DNA of 64,000 nucleotides, taken from Felis catus (taxonomy: Eukaryota). The DNA is taken from contig NC_058383.1 in the NCBI RefSeq assembly GCF_018350175.1, positions 23,004,001-23,068,000 on the forward strand. Reading direction: 5' to 3'. Below, in pieces: positions 49,201 through 62,089 of the stretch. Under the pieces are notes generated by a model. It worked only from the letters and a program-made list of their open reading frames with translations. It made no database searches and was not told the origin of the DNA. Positions within the stretch are counted from its first letter, which is position 1; each line of letters starts with the position of its first letter. The position numbers were made by a program, and so were the translations under genes.

Positions 49201-52200
49201 TAAAATGTTCATATTCTTGCTTACTGTGAAGTCCTTGTTGATTCTTTTTTTCCCCTTCAGAATGAGGGGAAAGACACAATGAGGGAGGGAGGCTTAGATG
49301 TGTTTCCAGGGTAAATCTGGTTGTATCTGTAAAGCCTCCAGTGGCATCTGGCTCTTTTTGTATGTGGTTTAAATGGGTGATGTAATTACAAGTTTGTTTT
49401 TGACCTTAGCTTGCTGGAGAAAGTAAATTATACTTGTATGTTCACCTGCAGAAAAACAATGTGGTCATTAAAATCATTAGAAGAAAAATGTGCCAGGGAT
49501 ATTTTTCTTGGACTGTTTGTGGAATATGCCACCAGCCTGTTTCACCTCACAGACTTGTGGTATGTTTGCATTAGTAGAGGGGATTTTAGGGGTCCATTTT
49601 CCACCCCCTCATTTGAAGGAGGCCCAGAGAAACCATGTGACTTGTTCAAGGTCATAGGGCTGGTTGGTGGCAGGCTGGGACTGGAACCTCTTCAGGCCCC
49701 TCCAGTGCTTTTTCGCTAGACGGTGCTACTGAGCATGTAATGAGCATCTAAATGTTTGCATTGTTTTTTTCCCCCCATCTTTTGCTTTTTTGTTTCATTG
49801 TGAAATAGTCAACCATTTCAGAAGCATAACTTAGAAGTATCTTGTCCTAATAAGTACCTTAGAACTAAGACTTACTAACTTTAATACTGTGTTGTATATT
49901 CACTCTTATTTTTTTCTATATATATATTACATTTATTATTTTATAAAAATGGAATTGCTTACACACATTACTCTTTATGTTGTTTCTTATTTACTCAGAT
50001 CATTCTTTGTAATAGCTTTATAATTACAGTAGGACTATATATAATACATTTAACTAGCTCCTATTGTTGGACATTTGAGTTGATTTCTTTTTTTTTTTCT
50101 AATACACAATCCATGGTTATATGGCATTTCTTAACTTGAAATGAAAAAAGTTAACGAGGTAGGAGAAAGTCTCAGAATCAGATGTGGACTCGGTCTTCGC
50201 TACGAGACTTAACGGTCGGGTACTCTGGCAAGTTTCCCACCTGTCTTCAGTGTCTTTCCCTTGTGAAACAGGAGGATTAGTTTTTATAATTTCCTGGGTT
50301 TCTTCACAGAAACTTAGAGGAACTCTGGATTCAGTGCCATAGCGTTCTGAAATCAGAGTATATTGTTTGTTACACATTTACAGAAGATACTGTGCTTCTT
50401 AGATTTCCTTACTGAAGGCAGATAGTGTGGGCTCTGTGACATGTCTCAGAGCCCTCTCACATCACCACAAATCCTGACAGGCTGCAGAAGTTCATGGTAG
50501 AATTGGGAGATCAATTCGTATTGACTTTCCAGTTGTCCAACTGTTTACATTTTTCCCGTTTTTAGATTGTGTTAACGGAAATGTACTATGATGGGTTCCA
50601 TCGTTCCTTTTGTGACACAGACGACCTGGAAACAGTCCATGAAAGCGACTGCATTTTTGCCTTTGAGACTCCAGAAATATTTAGGCCTGAAGGAATTCTC
50701 AGTCAAAGAGGTAAATGAGCATCTGTTTCCACAGGGGTTTGCAGGTTTCACAACTGTATACCCTTTTGAGATGTCTATTATGTGATGGCATAATTTTTTT
50801 TAACTGTGGTAAAAATACACATAATGCTTGTTTTTAGGATGGCATAAATTTTATGGTAACATGTTTCTCTGGAAGAAGGCAGTTCTCACTATTTCTTTTC
50901 TAACCTTTCCTCTCCACAATTGGAGGCTCAGAACTGACTAAATCCTCCCTGAAGTGATTCTTAAGTATCTTATGACAGCATTTGGGAAGGTGTATTATGC
51001 CATAGCTGCCATCTTTTTTTTGTTGTTTTTTTGGCATTTTGTTCCCGGCTCTGATGCTTTCTAAATTCTAACTCTTTGCTGTAAAATGTTTTCTTGATAC
51101 CTTGCGCTTAAGAAATTTGCATCCATAGGCAGCAAGAGAGTACAGCTTTGACAGTGCCTCCTTTTCCTGTGGTTTCGTCTGTGATTTGGAACTCAGTGTG
51201 TCTCTCTCTAGTGCTTCCAGGATTTGGGGGCTATTTTGAAAGTTGCTAGGCAACTCAAACTTTGTTCCTGGTCTTTTTCATGGTTCTGGGGCTTCTGTCC
51301 TTTTTCTCGACTCCAGTGGTTATTAAAGCATGAGAGGCACCTGGGAACTGGTGAGAACTATAGATTCCTAGACCCTACCCCGGACCTACTGAATGAGCAG
51401 CTCTGGGGGTGGGGCCCAGCAAACTTGTTTTTCACAGGCAATTCTGATGCACACCACGGTTTGAGAACCCATCGCTCCATCCAGTCTCATCAGTATCTCT
51501 TCTACTGCCATGATTTTTAGAACTGAACCCCCCTGCTCGCCCTCTCTTTCCTTCTGGTTCCATTCCCTGACTTCTGCCTGTCCACTGGAATCTCTGCTTA
51601 GAAGTCCTGTTGGTGTCTTAACACTCAGCATTTCTTAGACCCGATCCTCCTGCGTTTCTTCTGTGGAATCATGGCGCCACCACTTTCACCCAAGGTGGAT
51701 CCAAGCACTTCTTCAAATTTTGACCTCTCTCTCAAAATTCACATAGAACTAGGTAAACACTATGCAGTTTTCCTCCTCATTCTCTTGCCACTGATACAGC
51801 TCAGACCAGTGTCAACCGGGCTTTTTCTAGTAACTTCTCTAGTAATACCTTTATCCCTAGGCTTTCTTCTGTTCAATTATTTCTCCATGGTGCCACCAGA
51901 CTGATTCCGACATACATTTCTGATCATGTTACATGCTTTTTATTGATTTGCTAGGATTTCCCCTTTGTCTAAGATTACATCTGAACACCTTGGAAGGATG
52001 CCTGGCCCCTCATGATGAGTCCTTGCCTCTCTTTCCAGCCTCTCTACTATATTCTGTCTCCTTCCCCATGTACCCTACCCAGGTCACTCTCTTTCTCAAA
52101 CATGCCGTGTACTTTTATACTTTCCCACTGTTTGCTCTGTTGAGAATTCATTTCTCCAGCTCCTTTCTCAGCTCCTATTTTGTCTCCCCTACACACACCT

Positions 52201-52522
52201 CCCTGCAACCTACCCATCCTACCCAGTCCTGAGTGACCACTATTCTACTATCTGTCTCTGTAGATTTCCCTAGTCTAGACTTTCATGTGAATAGAATCAT
52301 AATTTGTGGCCTTTTGTGACTTGTTTCTTTTACTTAGCATGTTTCAAGGTTCATCCATGTTGTAGCATTTATCGGTCCTTCCGTCCATTTCGTGGCTAAA
52401 TATTATATGTATATAAAACATTAAAAAAAATTTTAATTCCATTATATGTATGTAAAACATTAAAAAAAAATTTTTTTATGTTTATCTTTGAGTAAGAGAG
52501 ACAGCATGAGCAGGGGAGGGGC

Positions 52523-52559
<37 letters not shown>

Positions 52560-55500
52560 CAGAATCTGAAGCAGGCTCCAGGCTCTAAGCTGTCAGTACA
52601 GAGCCTGACGCGGGGTTCAAACTCACAGACCAAGAGATCATGACCTGAGCCGAAGTCAGATGCTCAACCGACTGAGCCACCCAGGTACCCACCCACTTAA
52701 AAAAAAAATTTTTTTTTGTATATAGAATATTTTGTTTTCCATCTGTTGATGGACATTTGGGTTGTTTCCACATTATGAAATAGTGCTGCTGTGACTGTTC
52801 ACATACAAGTATTTGTTTGAATACCTGGTTATAGTTCTTTTGGGGGATGCACGCACATACATCCCCCTAAGAGTGGAAAACACTGGGTCGTGGTAATTCT
52901 ATGCTTAACTTTCCGGGGAATTGTTGGACTGTTTTCTGCAACAGCTGAACCAATATATGAGGGTTACAATTTCTCCACATTCTTGGCAACATTTATTATT
53001 TTCCATCTTTTTGATTATAGCCATCCTAGTGGGTGTGAAGTGGTGTGTCGTGATACATGAAGTCGATCATCTTTTCATGTGCTTGTTGGCCATTTGTTTA
53101 TCGTCTTGAGAGAAATGTCTATTCAAGTTCTTGCCCCATTTTTAAATTGTGCTGTTGTTGGTGTTGTTGTTGTATTGTAAGAGATACATGCTAGATTCTA
53201 GACCCTTGTCAGATATGTGACTTGCAAATATTTTCTCCCATTCTATAAATTGTCTTTTCACTCTCTTGATAGTGTCTTTTGATGAACAGAAGTTCTTAGT
53301 TTTGATGAGATCTAATTTTTTTCTTCTTTTATTGCTTATGCTTTGGGTGTCATCTCTAAGATTTCATCCTTAAATCCAGGACCATGAAGTTTACTCCTGT
53401 GTTTACTTCTAGGAGTTTTTATAGTTTTAGCTTTTACATTTAGGTCTTTGCTCCGTTTGAATTAATTTTGTGTATGGTTTGAGGTGGGAGTCCAGCTGCA
53501 ATCTTTTGTAGGTAAACAGCACCAACATTTGTTGGAGAGACCATTCTTTTTTTCTTTTTTTAAGTAGGCTCCATGCCCCACGTGAAGCCAAATGTGGGGC
53601 TTGAATTCATGTGACCCTGAGATCAAGACCTGAGTTGAGATCAAGTCTCAACTTGATCTCAAGTTGAGATCAAGCTTTGTTCCAGCCAAAGCTTCTGCTA
53701 ATCTCTGACACCAGCTTAACGGGCTGAGCCACCAGGTGCCTCAAGAGACCATTCTTTCCGCTTTGAATGATCTTGGTGCCATTCTTGAAAGTCCTTATTT
53801 TAGTTCTTTTCCTTCACACCTACTTCCATGGGTGCCTCTAGTCTCTGAACCTTTTGGTAATTCTGTATGTTGGGTTGATCAGCTTTCTCCACTGCCAGTT
53901 AGGATTCAGTTTTCTCTGGTATACCCACCCATGTTTACATTGTTAGTTTCTAGGTAGTCTGTTATTCAAGTTTTAATTTTTTTGACCTAGGAGCTTTATT
54001 TTCCAGGTGCTTTTTCATGTGTGTGCTTTTGTTTGTTCAATTTGTTTTCTACTTTTAATTGCATTACAGTAAAAAAATACTCAGTCATCACCTTTTCCTG
54101 AAACCCTTTCTTTACCTCCTCCACATCAGGCTGCTGACTTACTCCTCTTCCTTGTTCCAGTCAAAGCTTCTGCTAATCTCTGACACCAGCATGTTGCGTG
54201 GAAATAATCTTTTTTTCTCCTCTGCCTGCACCATGCTGTGAAATTCTCTGCACTTGGGGCTATGCTTTGTTTTATCTTTCTGTACCCAGCAGTTTAGTAT
54301 AGTTCCTAATGCAGAGCAAGAGCCCAGTTAATGTTCAACTGAAAATTTCCTCAAATCCCCTTTCACACCCCAGTTGTTAATGGTTAATACTAAATTTTGT
54401 TTTTAAGTGAATTTGATGAGGTCCGAGGTGATTGTGTTCTAACCAGAGAGTGGCTCTGTTGGAACACTGTACTTTACTAAGTATGTGTTAGCCTTTGCTC
54501 TAATCTTTATAAATAAGTTATTTGAGGCCTATGAGGCTACTTGCTGCCTTCCCCGTTTTACAAATGAGGGAAGACTTGGGGAGTTGAATAACTGCCCCAG
54601 TCATGCAGCTGGTAGTAACTGGGCCTGCTCTTTGAACACAGAGCTTGATTTCTGTGCAGTTGAGTGGTACCCCCTCATCTCATTAGGGACCCTTATCACT
54701 TGAGAACAGGTCTCCCCAGCCTTCTTTCTGCCAAGGAGCTGGGCAGTGAGGCCATTTATTGTCTCAAATTCAGACTTCTCTTATTTTTATTTTGTCATAC
54801 CAAAGTTTGAAATGGCTATGGAGTGAAACCTGTTTTTCCTCTTGTGATTTCTTTTTGGTATTAAAGGTTAAAAGGTTTTCTTCCCTTTAATAGCTTAATG
54901 AAGATTCCATTTTTCCTTATTTCTAGCTTCTGTATACTTTTTTTTTTTTTTAACTCTAATTCATCTGGAATTTATTTTGGTATTAACCATATACTTGTTA
55001 TTTTAAATTGCTGTAATGCTGATGTCCCTTAATAGGTTTGGCAAGTCTTGTATTGCTGGATGTTTAGGTTATTGCCAGAATTCTGCTATGAATTCTTTTT
55101 TATAAGCCACTTTTTATTCTCCTTTTGCTGTTGTTCTCATTTATGCGTGTGGTGATGGTGGTGAAGGGCTTTCTTCTATTTGCAAGTTGGGGTATAATTT
55201 CCTTAGGCTATACTTCCAAAAGATTAAAGAAGTGAACAATTATTTTAATTTAATTTTATTATTATTTTTGTTTAGGTGTAATTGACATATAACATGTTAG
55301 TTTCAGGGGTACAGCATAATGATTCGGTGTTTGTATATACTGCAAAATAATCATCACAGGAAATCTAGTTAACATCCATCACCATAGAGTTACAAAATTG
55401 TTTTTATTATGATGAGGGCTTTTAAGGTCTACTCTCAGCAACTTTGAAATATACAATACAGTATTATTAACTATACTCACCATAATGTACATTACATCCC

Positions 55501-57466
55501 ATTACTTATTTATTTTATAACTTGAGGTTTGTACCTTTTGACCCTTTTCACCGATGTTGCCTGACCACTCCCACTCTCCTCTACGACCACCAGTCTCTTC
55601 TGTGTATCTCTGCCTTCGTTTTGTGGTTGTTGTCTTAAATTCCACGTACAAGTGAGATCATGCAGTATTTGTCTTTCTCTGACTTCTTTCACTTAGCATA
55701 ATGCCTTCAAGGTCCATCCATGTTGCTGCAAATGGCAAGATGTCCTTCTTTTTTTTTTTCTTGTTTATTTATTTTGAGAGAGAGTGTACGTGCACGAGTT
55801 GGGGAAGGGGGCAGAGAGAGAGGGACAGAGAATCCCAAGCAGGCTCTGTGCTATCAGTACAGAGCCCAACATGGGGCTTGATGCCACAAACTGGGATCAT
55901 GACCTGAGCTAAAAAGAGTTGGAACCTTGACTGACTGAGCTACCCCAAGGTTTTATTCTTTTTAATGGTTGAGTAGTATTCCATTGAAATGAATGGTTGT
56001 TTGATCAAGCACTTTCGAATTTCTACTAAGTGCAGGGCGTTGTACTAGGTACTAAATTGCTGAGTAGCTAAGATTGACAGATAGCTCTGCTTTCAGGCAT
56101 TTCTAAAGACCTGATTCTTAGCAACCTGTATTGTGCCTATCGATCATATATTTTTGTTCACTTAAATGTAGGTCCATCCAGGGTGGTTGATTGCATTAAA
56201 GTTGACATGTCCTATAATGGCTGTGAGTCTAGTTAAGTGCGGTTTATACTTTGTTTTTTATAAGTCTGTCTTGTTAATCAGGGAGAAGAAACTGCTATTA
56301 AAATATTGAAGATCATTCCACGTTTACTAGTCTTAATTTTTTATTTTTTAAAAATTTATTTGGTTCCTGGTTGCATGGTCTCCCCTTAAATTTGCCTTGG
56401 TGGATCATCTCTGCAAACTTGCTCTCAAAATCTCATGATTGTGAGATTGAGCCCCGCCCATATCAGGCTCTATGATGACAGTGCGGAGCCTGCTTGGGAT
56501 TCTGTCTCTGCCTGTTTCCTGTGCTTGTGCGCATGCATGCATGCTCTCCCTCAAAATAAATAAATAATAAAAAATACAACTGTATCCAGTATTCACTGAA
56601 GTGAAGAATTTTAAATTTCACTTTTTAAGATATATAAAGCTAGTTTAAAGGAAATGATAGATGCTTAAGAAATTATTTTAATGGCTGGTTATCTCATAAT
56701 CATTTGTTCTTTTTTCGTTTGTAGTTTAAATTACATAATGACAGCTTCTTAATTTCTCTGCTGGGTAAATTTCTTTGTAATGAATGAATGAAAGAATTTT
56801 GAAAAGATAGAATAAGTTGTTTTTAATTTTTTTTCCAGGAATCCACTTAAACAACAATCTAAACCACTTGAAATTTGGCTTGGATCATCATCGACTGTCT
56901 TCTTGTACACAGGCAGCAACAAAGCAAGGGAAAACAGATTTGCCCCTGACAAGACCAGGAGGCGACAAGATTGTTCTTTTAGTGTGTAACCGAGCTTGCA
57001 CTGGGCAGCAAGGGAAAAGGTAAAAACTGACCTACCAGTAAGTGCTGAAACTTTAAAAGTCTAATGTTTTCAAACAATTTAAAACGCTTTAAAAAGTAGG
57101 GTTGACAGGCTCCAAGGTAGCTCAGTTGGTCAAGCATCCCAGTCTTGATTTCAGCTCAGGTCATGATCTCACGGTTTCTGGGTTTGAGCCCCACATCGAA
57201 CCCTGCACTGATAGCACAGAGCGTACTTGGGATTCTCTTCCTCCGTCCCTCTCTCTGCCCCTCCCCCACTCACACTTGCTCTCTCTCACAATAAACAATT
57301 TAAAAAAAACAAACAAAATAAAACTATGAGGGGCACCTGGGTGGCTCAGTTGGTTAAGCATACAACTTTGGCTCAGGTCATGATCTCACAGTTTGTGAGC
57401 CCTGCTGCACGACAGCATGAAGCTTACTTGGGATTCCCTCTCTCTGTCCCTCTCCTGCTTGCACAT

Positions 57467-57505
<39 letters not shown>

Positions 57506-60500
57506 AATAAACATTTAAAAAATTTAAAAAAATAAAAAATCTTTAATTTTTGAATCTGATATTTATAAAGAATGTAAGTTGACCTGATTTGAGGGTTTGG
57601 GGAGGGGGGGAGAATCTAAAATAAGGATGGTAGAGTCTGAATTAGAAAGGCTCTTCGAGCTCATCTAATTGTTAATGTCTCATTTCATGTGTTTATTTTC
57701 GGCTCAGGCGCCTCGTGGATCCTATAGACCTATATCCAGCTACTTTCTTAACAGCTTTTTTTTTTTTTTTTTTAATTCTTTAATTCTTAGCATATCAACT
57801 TGGATGGTACATGTACCTCAGTGTTAGGTTCCAAACTGTACGGATTCTCTTACTCTGTAAATCTGGTCCTCCAGCATTTCCTGTCTCAGCGAATGGCACC
57901 ACTATTCATTCAGCTGCTTAAGTCAGAAATTTGGGAGTCACAAATCTCTCTCAAATCTGTTCCTGCTAAGAATTTATGGGAGGTTTAGACTATCTTTTTT
58001 TTTTTTTACTTTATTTTTTATTTTTTAAAATTTACATCCAAATTAGTATATAGTGAAGCATTGATTTCAGTAGATTCCTTAATGCCCCTTACCCATTTAG
58101 CCCATCCTCCCTCCCACAACCCCTCCAGCAACCCTCAGTTTGTTCTCCATATTTATGAGTCTCTTTTGTCCCCCTCCCTATTTTTATATTATTTTTGTTT
58201 CCCTTCCCTTATGTTTATCTGTTTTGTCTCTTAAAGTCCTTATATGACTATCTTTTAAAGCAGCTTTGTCACAGTGGTAATGTAACCTGAGTAACAACAA
58301 GATATGGATAAGTTTCAGGGACAAAGGACTTTGTTTCTGCTGTTTGTTAGGGTAGCATTACATTAGCCTTTTAAAATGTTGCTTTGCAGTAATTTCCTTA
58401 TTTAATGATGGTTCAATAACATAAGTGTGAAATATGTTGATTTGTATATATATGATATTGGTTGACAAATGCTGTGGTGTTTACAGTGTGTCGGGCACTG
58501 TTCCGACCCTGGGGGTAGAGCAGTGAACGAGATAGACTGTGTTTTTGTGGAGTTTCTGTCCCAGTGAGGACAGACCGACTGCGAACAAGTAAACACACTT
58601 AACTTCAGACAGTCATCAGCACCTTGAAGATATGAAAGCAGGCTAGAGTGAGAGAGTGGCAAGACTCGCTGGAGAGGGGGACAGGGAGGTCCACCCCGGG
58701 ATGCCGCACGGAGTGGAGTCCTCCGAGTGAGGAGACAGTGTGAGCCTCCGGGGAGAAGGATCCGTGATGAGGGAACATGAGTACAAAGACCCTGAGACCG
58801 AGAGGAGTGTGGCATGTTTACGGGGCAAAAAGAAAGGCAGCTCAGCCCGTTGATATAAAATAAAGAACTTGTGGAGTCCCTTTCGTAATACTATCCCCTT
58901 ACAAGTGAGGACATGATCATGTGAAAACCAGGAGTGGCTGATTTACATGTGCTTGTAATTTATCTCCCATCATGGTGCTGGTTGTGGAGTACTGCTGTGT
59001 GTAGGCTGAGGTCATAGGAACAGCTTTCCTTTTTTGTTTGTTTATTTATTTTGAGAGAGACAGGGGAGGGGAGAAGAGAGAGAAGGGGAGAGAGAGAGAG
59101 AATTCCAAGCAGGCTCTGCACAGTGAGCCCTGAGTCTGGTGTGAGGCTCAAACCCACGAACAGTGAGATCATGACCTGAGCTGAAATCAAGAGATACTCA
59201 ACCGGCTGAGCCATCCAGGTGCTCCAGGAGCAGCTTTCTTGATGTGAGTGCCTCTGCTTCACCCTGAGTCAAGGTTTATCTCTTTGTTCATTTGTTCATT
59301 AAACACTTATGGATTCTTAGGGGTTGGCTGTTTGGGTGACTATGATAAATAAATCACAGTTCCTGCCTTGGTTTACTGGTGGGAGTTAGGGAGATAGACC
59401 TTATCTTTCGCATGGTGTAGTGAGTGCAGTGGCCCAGATAGCACAGGGAGCCGATCAACAGGGTGCTTCCTGGGGAAGAATCCCTCCCCTGGGTCTTGAT
59501 GTGGGGGACTAGGGAGTGGCTTAGGGAAGAGGTGGGAGGGTTGTTCAAGCTGAAGTAGTTGGCTGCACAGAGACCTGGCTGGGTGAGTAGCATACATGTA
59601 GGGCACAATGAGTAGGTATGAGTGGCCAGGTGTGAGTGAGAGTGAGGCTGGGCCAGTGGTCCTGCCCTGGCTGCGTGTTAGAACCATCTGGGGCTTCCTC
59701 AGCAAAGCTCAGTGCTTGAGCTACATACCAGAGTGATTACAGTGCAGTCTCAGGGGACTGCCGGGCATCATTGTTGTTTCAAGCTCCCTTGGTGATCTGA
59801 GTACTGCCAGAGCCTTACATGGTACATGTACATGGTACTGCCTCTGATCCTCTGACTCCTGAGAGCCCAGCATGGGCAGGGGCTACCTGGCTTCTCCCCT
59901 AGGCTGGGAGCTGACTTTCAGTGTCACTTGCTTGTCAGACTACCAGGGTACAGTCACCTGCCCGCTAGACCTTCCAGCCATCTATTCCTCCAGCACCTGA
60001 CCCCTTTTTGTGGACCCATGCCGTTTGTCGGAGCGTGTCCACTCCCGCTCTCTTTCCTTACCATATTCATTGATCCTGGCCTCTTGTGACCTAATATCCC
60101 CTAGAAGCCATTTTGGCACATGAGGTATTAAATTTCATTTAGAAATCTAAGCTTCTTTTCTGACTTTTTTTATCCACTTCTGGGAGTAACTGTTACATTT
60201 CCTGTTTGTTTTATTTTGAGAACCGTCCTAAACCCGATTAGATAGTTGTTCCATTTTAAGAGATCATGAATAAAGAATTACAGTATTAAAAGAATTGCCA
60301 TACTTTTAAGGCGATTGCAATATTTATGTGTGTTAGATTTGGACTGCCTTTTGTGCTGCACTTGGAGAAGACAATAGCATGGGACCTTCTGCAGAAGGAA
60401 ATCTTGGAGAAGATGAAGTATTTCCTGAGGCCCACGGTTTGCATTCAGGTGGGTCGGCATCTGGATGCTCCAGCACAGCATGCGTGTGTACCCAACGATG

Positions 60501-62043
60501 AAACAGTCCCTGCAGAGAAGTTTGAGTTTTGGACCTCTGCACTCAGGGAAGACCAGACATGGCGCTGGGATGCCAAGGAGCTGTGTGCAAAGCTGTTTAG
60601 TAAAATCAGCTGTGTTCAGATTTTCAAGACTGAGGACTTAGCCCCTCATTTTCTGGCCACTGCAAGAATTTCCTTGAACTGCTGGGTATTTCTTTATAAT
60701 ATATATTTATCTAATAAAGATTAGCACGCGATCAGCTTGGAGAGATTTTGTAGAACAGCTATCTGTGTACTTTCAAAATTACGACTACTTATATTAAGGT
60801 ATCCATGGGAGACTTACATGAAGTTAACGTTCAGCCTAAAGCAGCATGTTACTTGTCCCGCATAACATATTTGATATGTAAACTGCATTTAGGTAAGTCA
60901 TATTTAAAGTGTGTAAGAGTGGCTCAACAGCCTAATAGACTATCAGAGAGAAGCATTTTGCCAAACCATTTGCTGTCTCTCTAATCTGTTTTGGAAATGC
61001 TACTGTGACGCACATGCCTTTGAAGAGAAATTCAGTCAAGTCCTCCTTTACTGTTTGATGCAGGTGTGTCCATTCAGTTTGCGTGTCGTCAGTGTTGTGG
61101 GGATAACATACTTGCTGCCCCAGGAGGAGAAACCCCTGTGCCACCCAACGGTAGAAAGGTAAAAATAAGTCAATAAATTGTCTTCTACAATTTTATTTAT
61201 GCTCATGTATAATTTCTAGTGACGGCTGGTACAGTTTCCACCTACGTATGTAGGCTCTTTAGGCTCGTTTAGAAATTAAGTATACTTTTTACTTTTCATT
61301 CATATTTGAGTATGATATGTTTTATGATCTTTTTCGAAATCAGAAAAACCTGGAGTCCTCCTGTCAGGAAAACAAATTAATGTATGTCCCAGGACTACAG
61401 ATATAATTACACTTTCATACTCAGCCAAGATGGAAGTTTTCCAAAGTAGAATTCTCATCATGCCGCTTTCCTCCTGGAAATTTTTTTTCTTAATGTTTAT
61501 TTATTTTGAGAAAGAGAGAGAGAGAGACAGAGCACGAGTGGGGTAGGGGCAGAGAGAGAGGGAGACACAGAATCCAAAGCAGGCTCCAGGCTCTGAGCTG
61601 TCAGCACAGAGCCCCCGATGTGGGGCTCGAACCCCTGAACCGTGAGATCATGACCTGAGCTGAAGTTGGATGCTTAACCAACTGCGCCACCCGGGTGCCC
61701 CTCCTCCTGGAAATCTTAAATGGCAACCTGTGACCTAAAAGATGAAGCCCATCTTCCACAGTGTATGAAGCTCTACAGTTTGAACCCTGCTTACACCCCG
61801 TTTGTCAGGCTCTTCCCCTCATCTTAAATCTTCAGCAGTATCCCAGCATGAGGATTGTTGGAACACGTGGCACGACTCGTGTGTGCCTTTGCATGTGTGG
61901 TGTCCTCTGTGGATCATTCCATTCCCTTGAACCTTCACACTGTTCCTCCTCTCCCTCAGTAGACCTAGTCGCTTCCCTCTGCTACCTCCCTGCTTTTCTA
62001 CATGCTTCCAACACCCTACTGCATTAATAAAAGAATACACATA

Positions 62044-62089
<46 letters not shown>

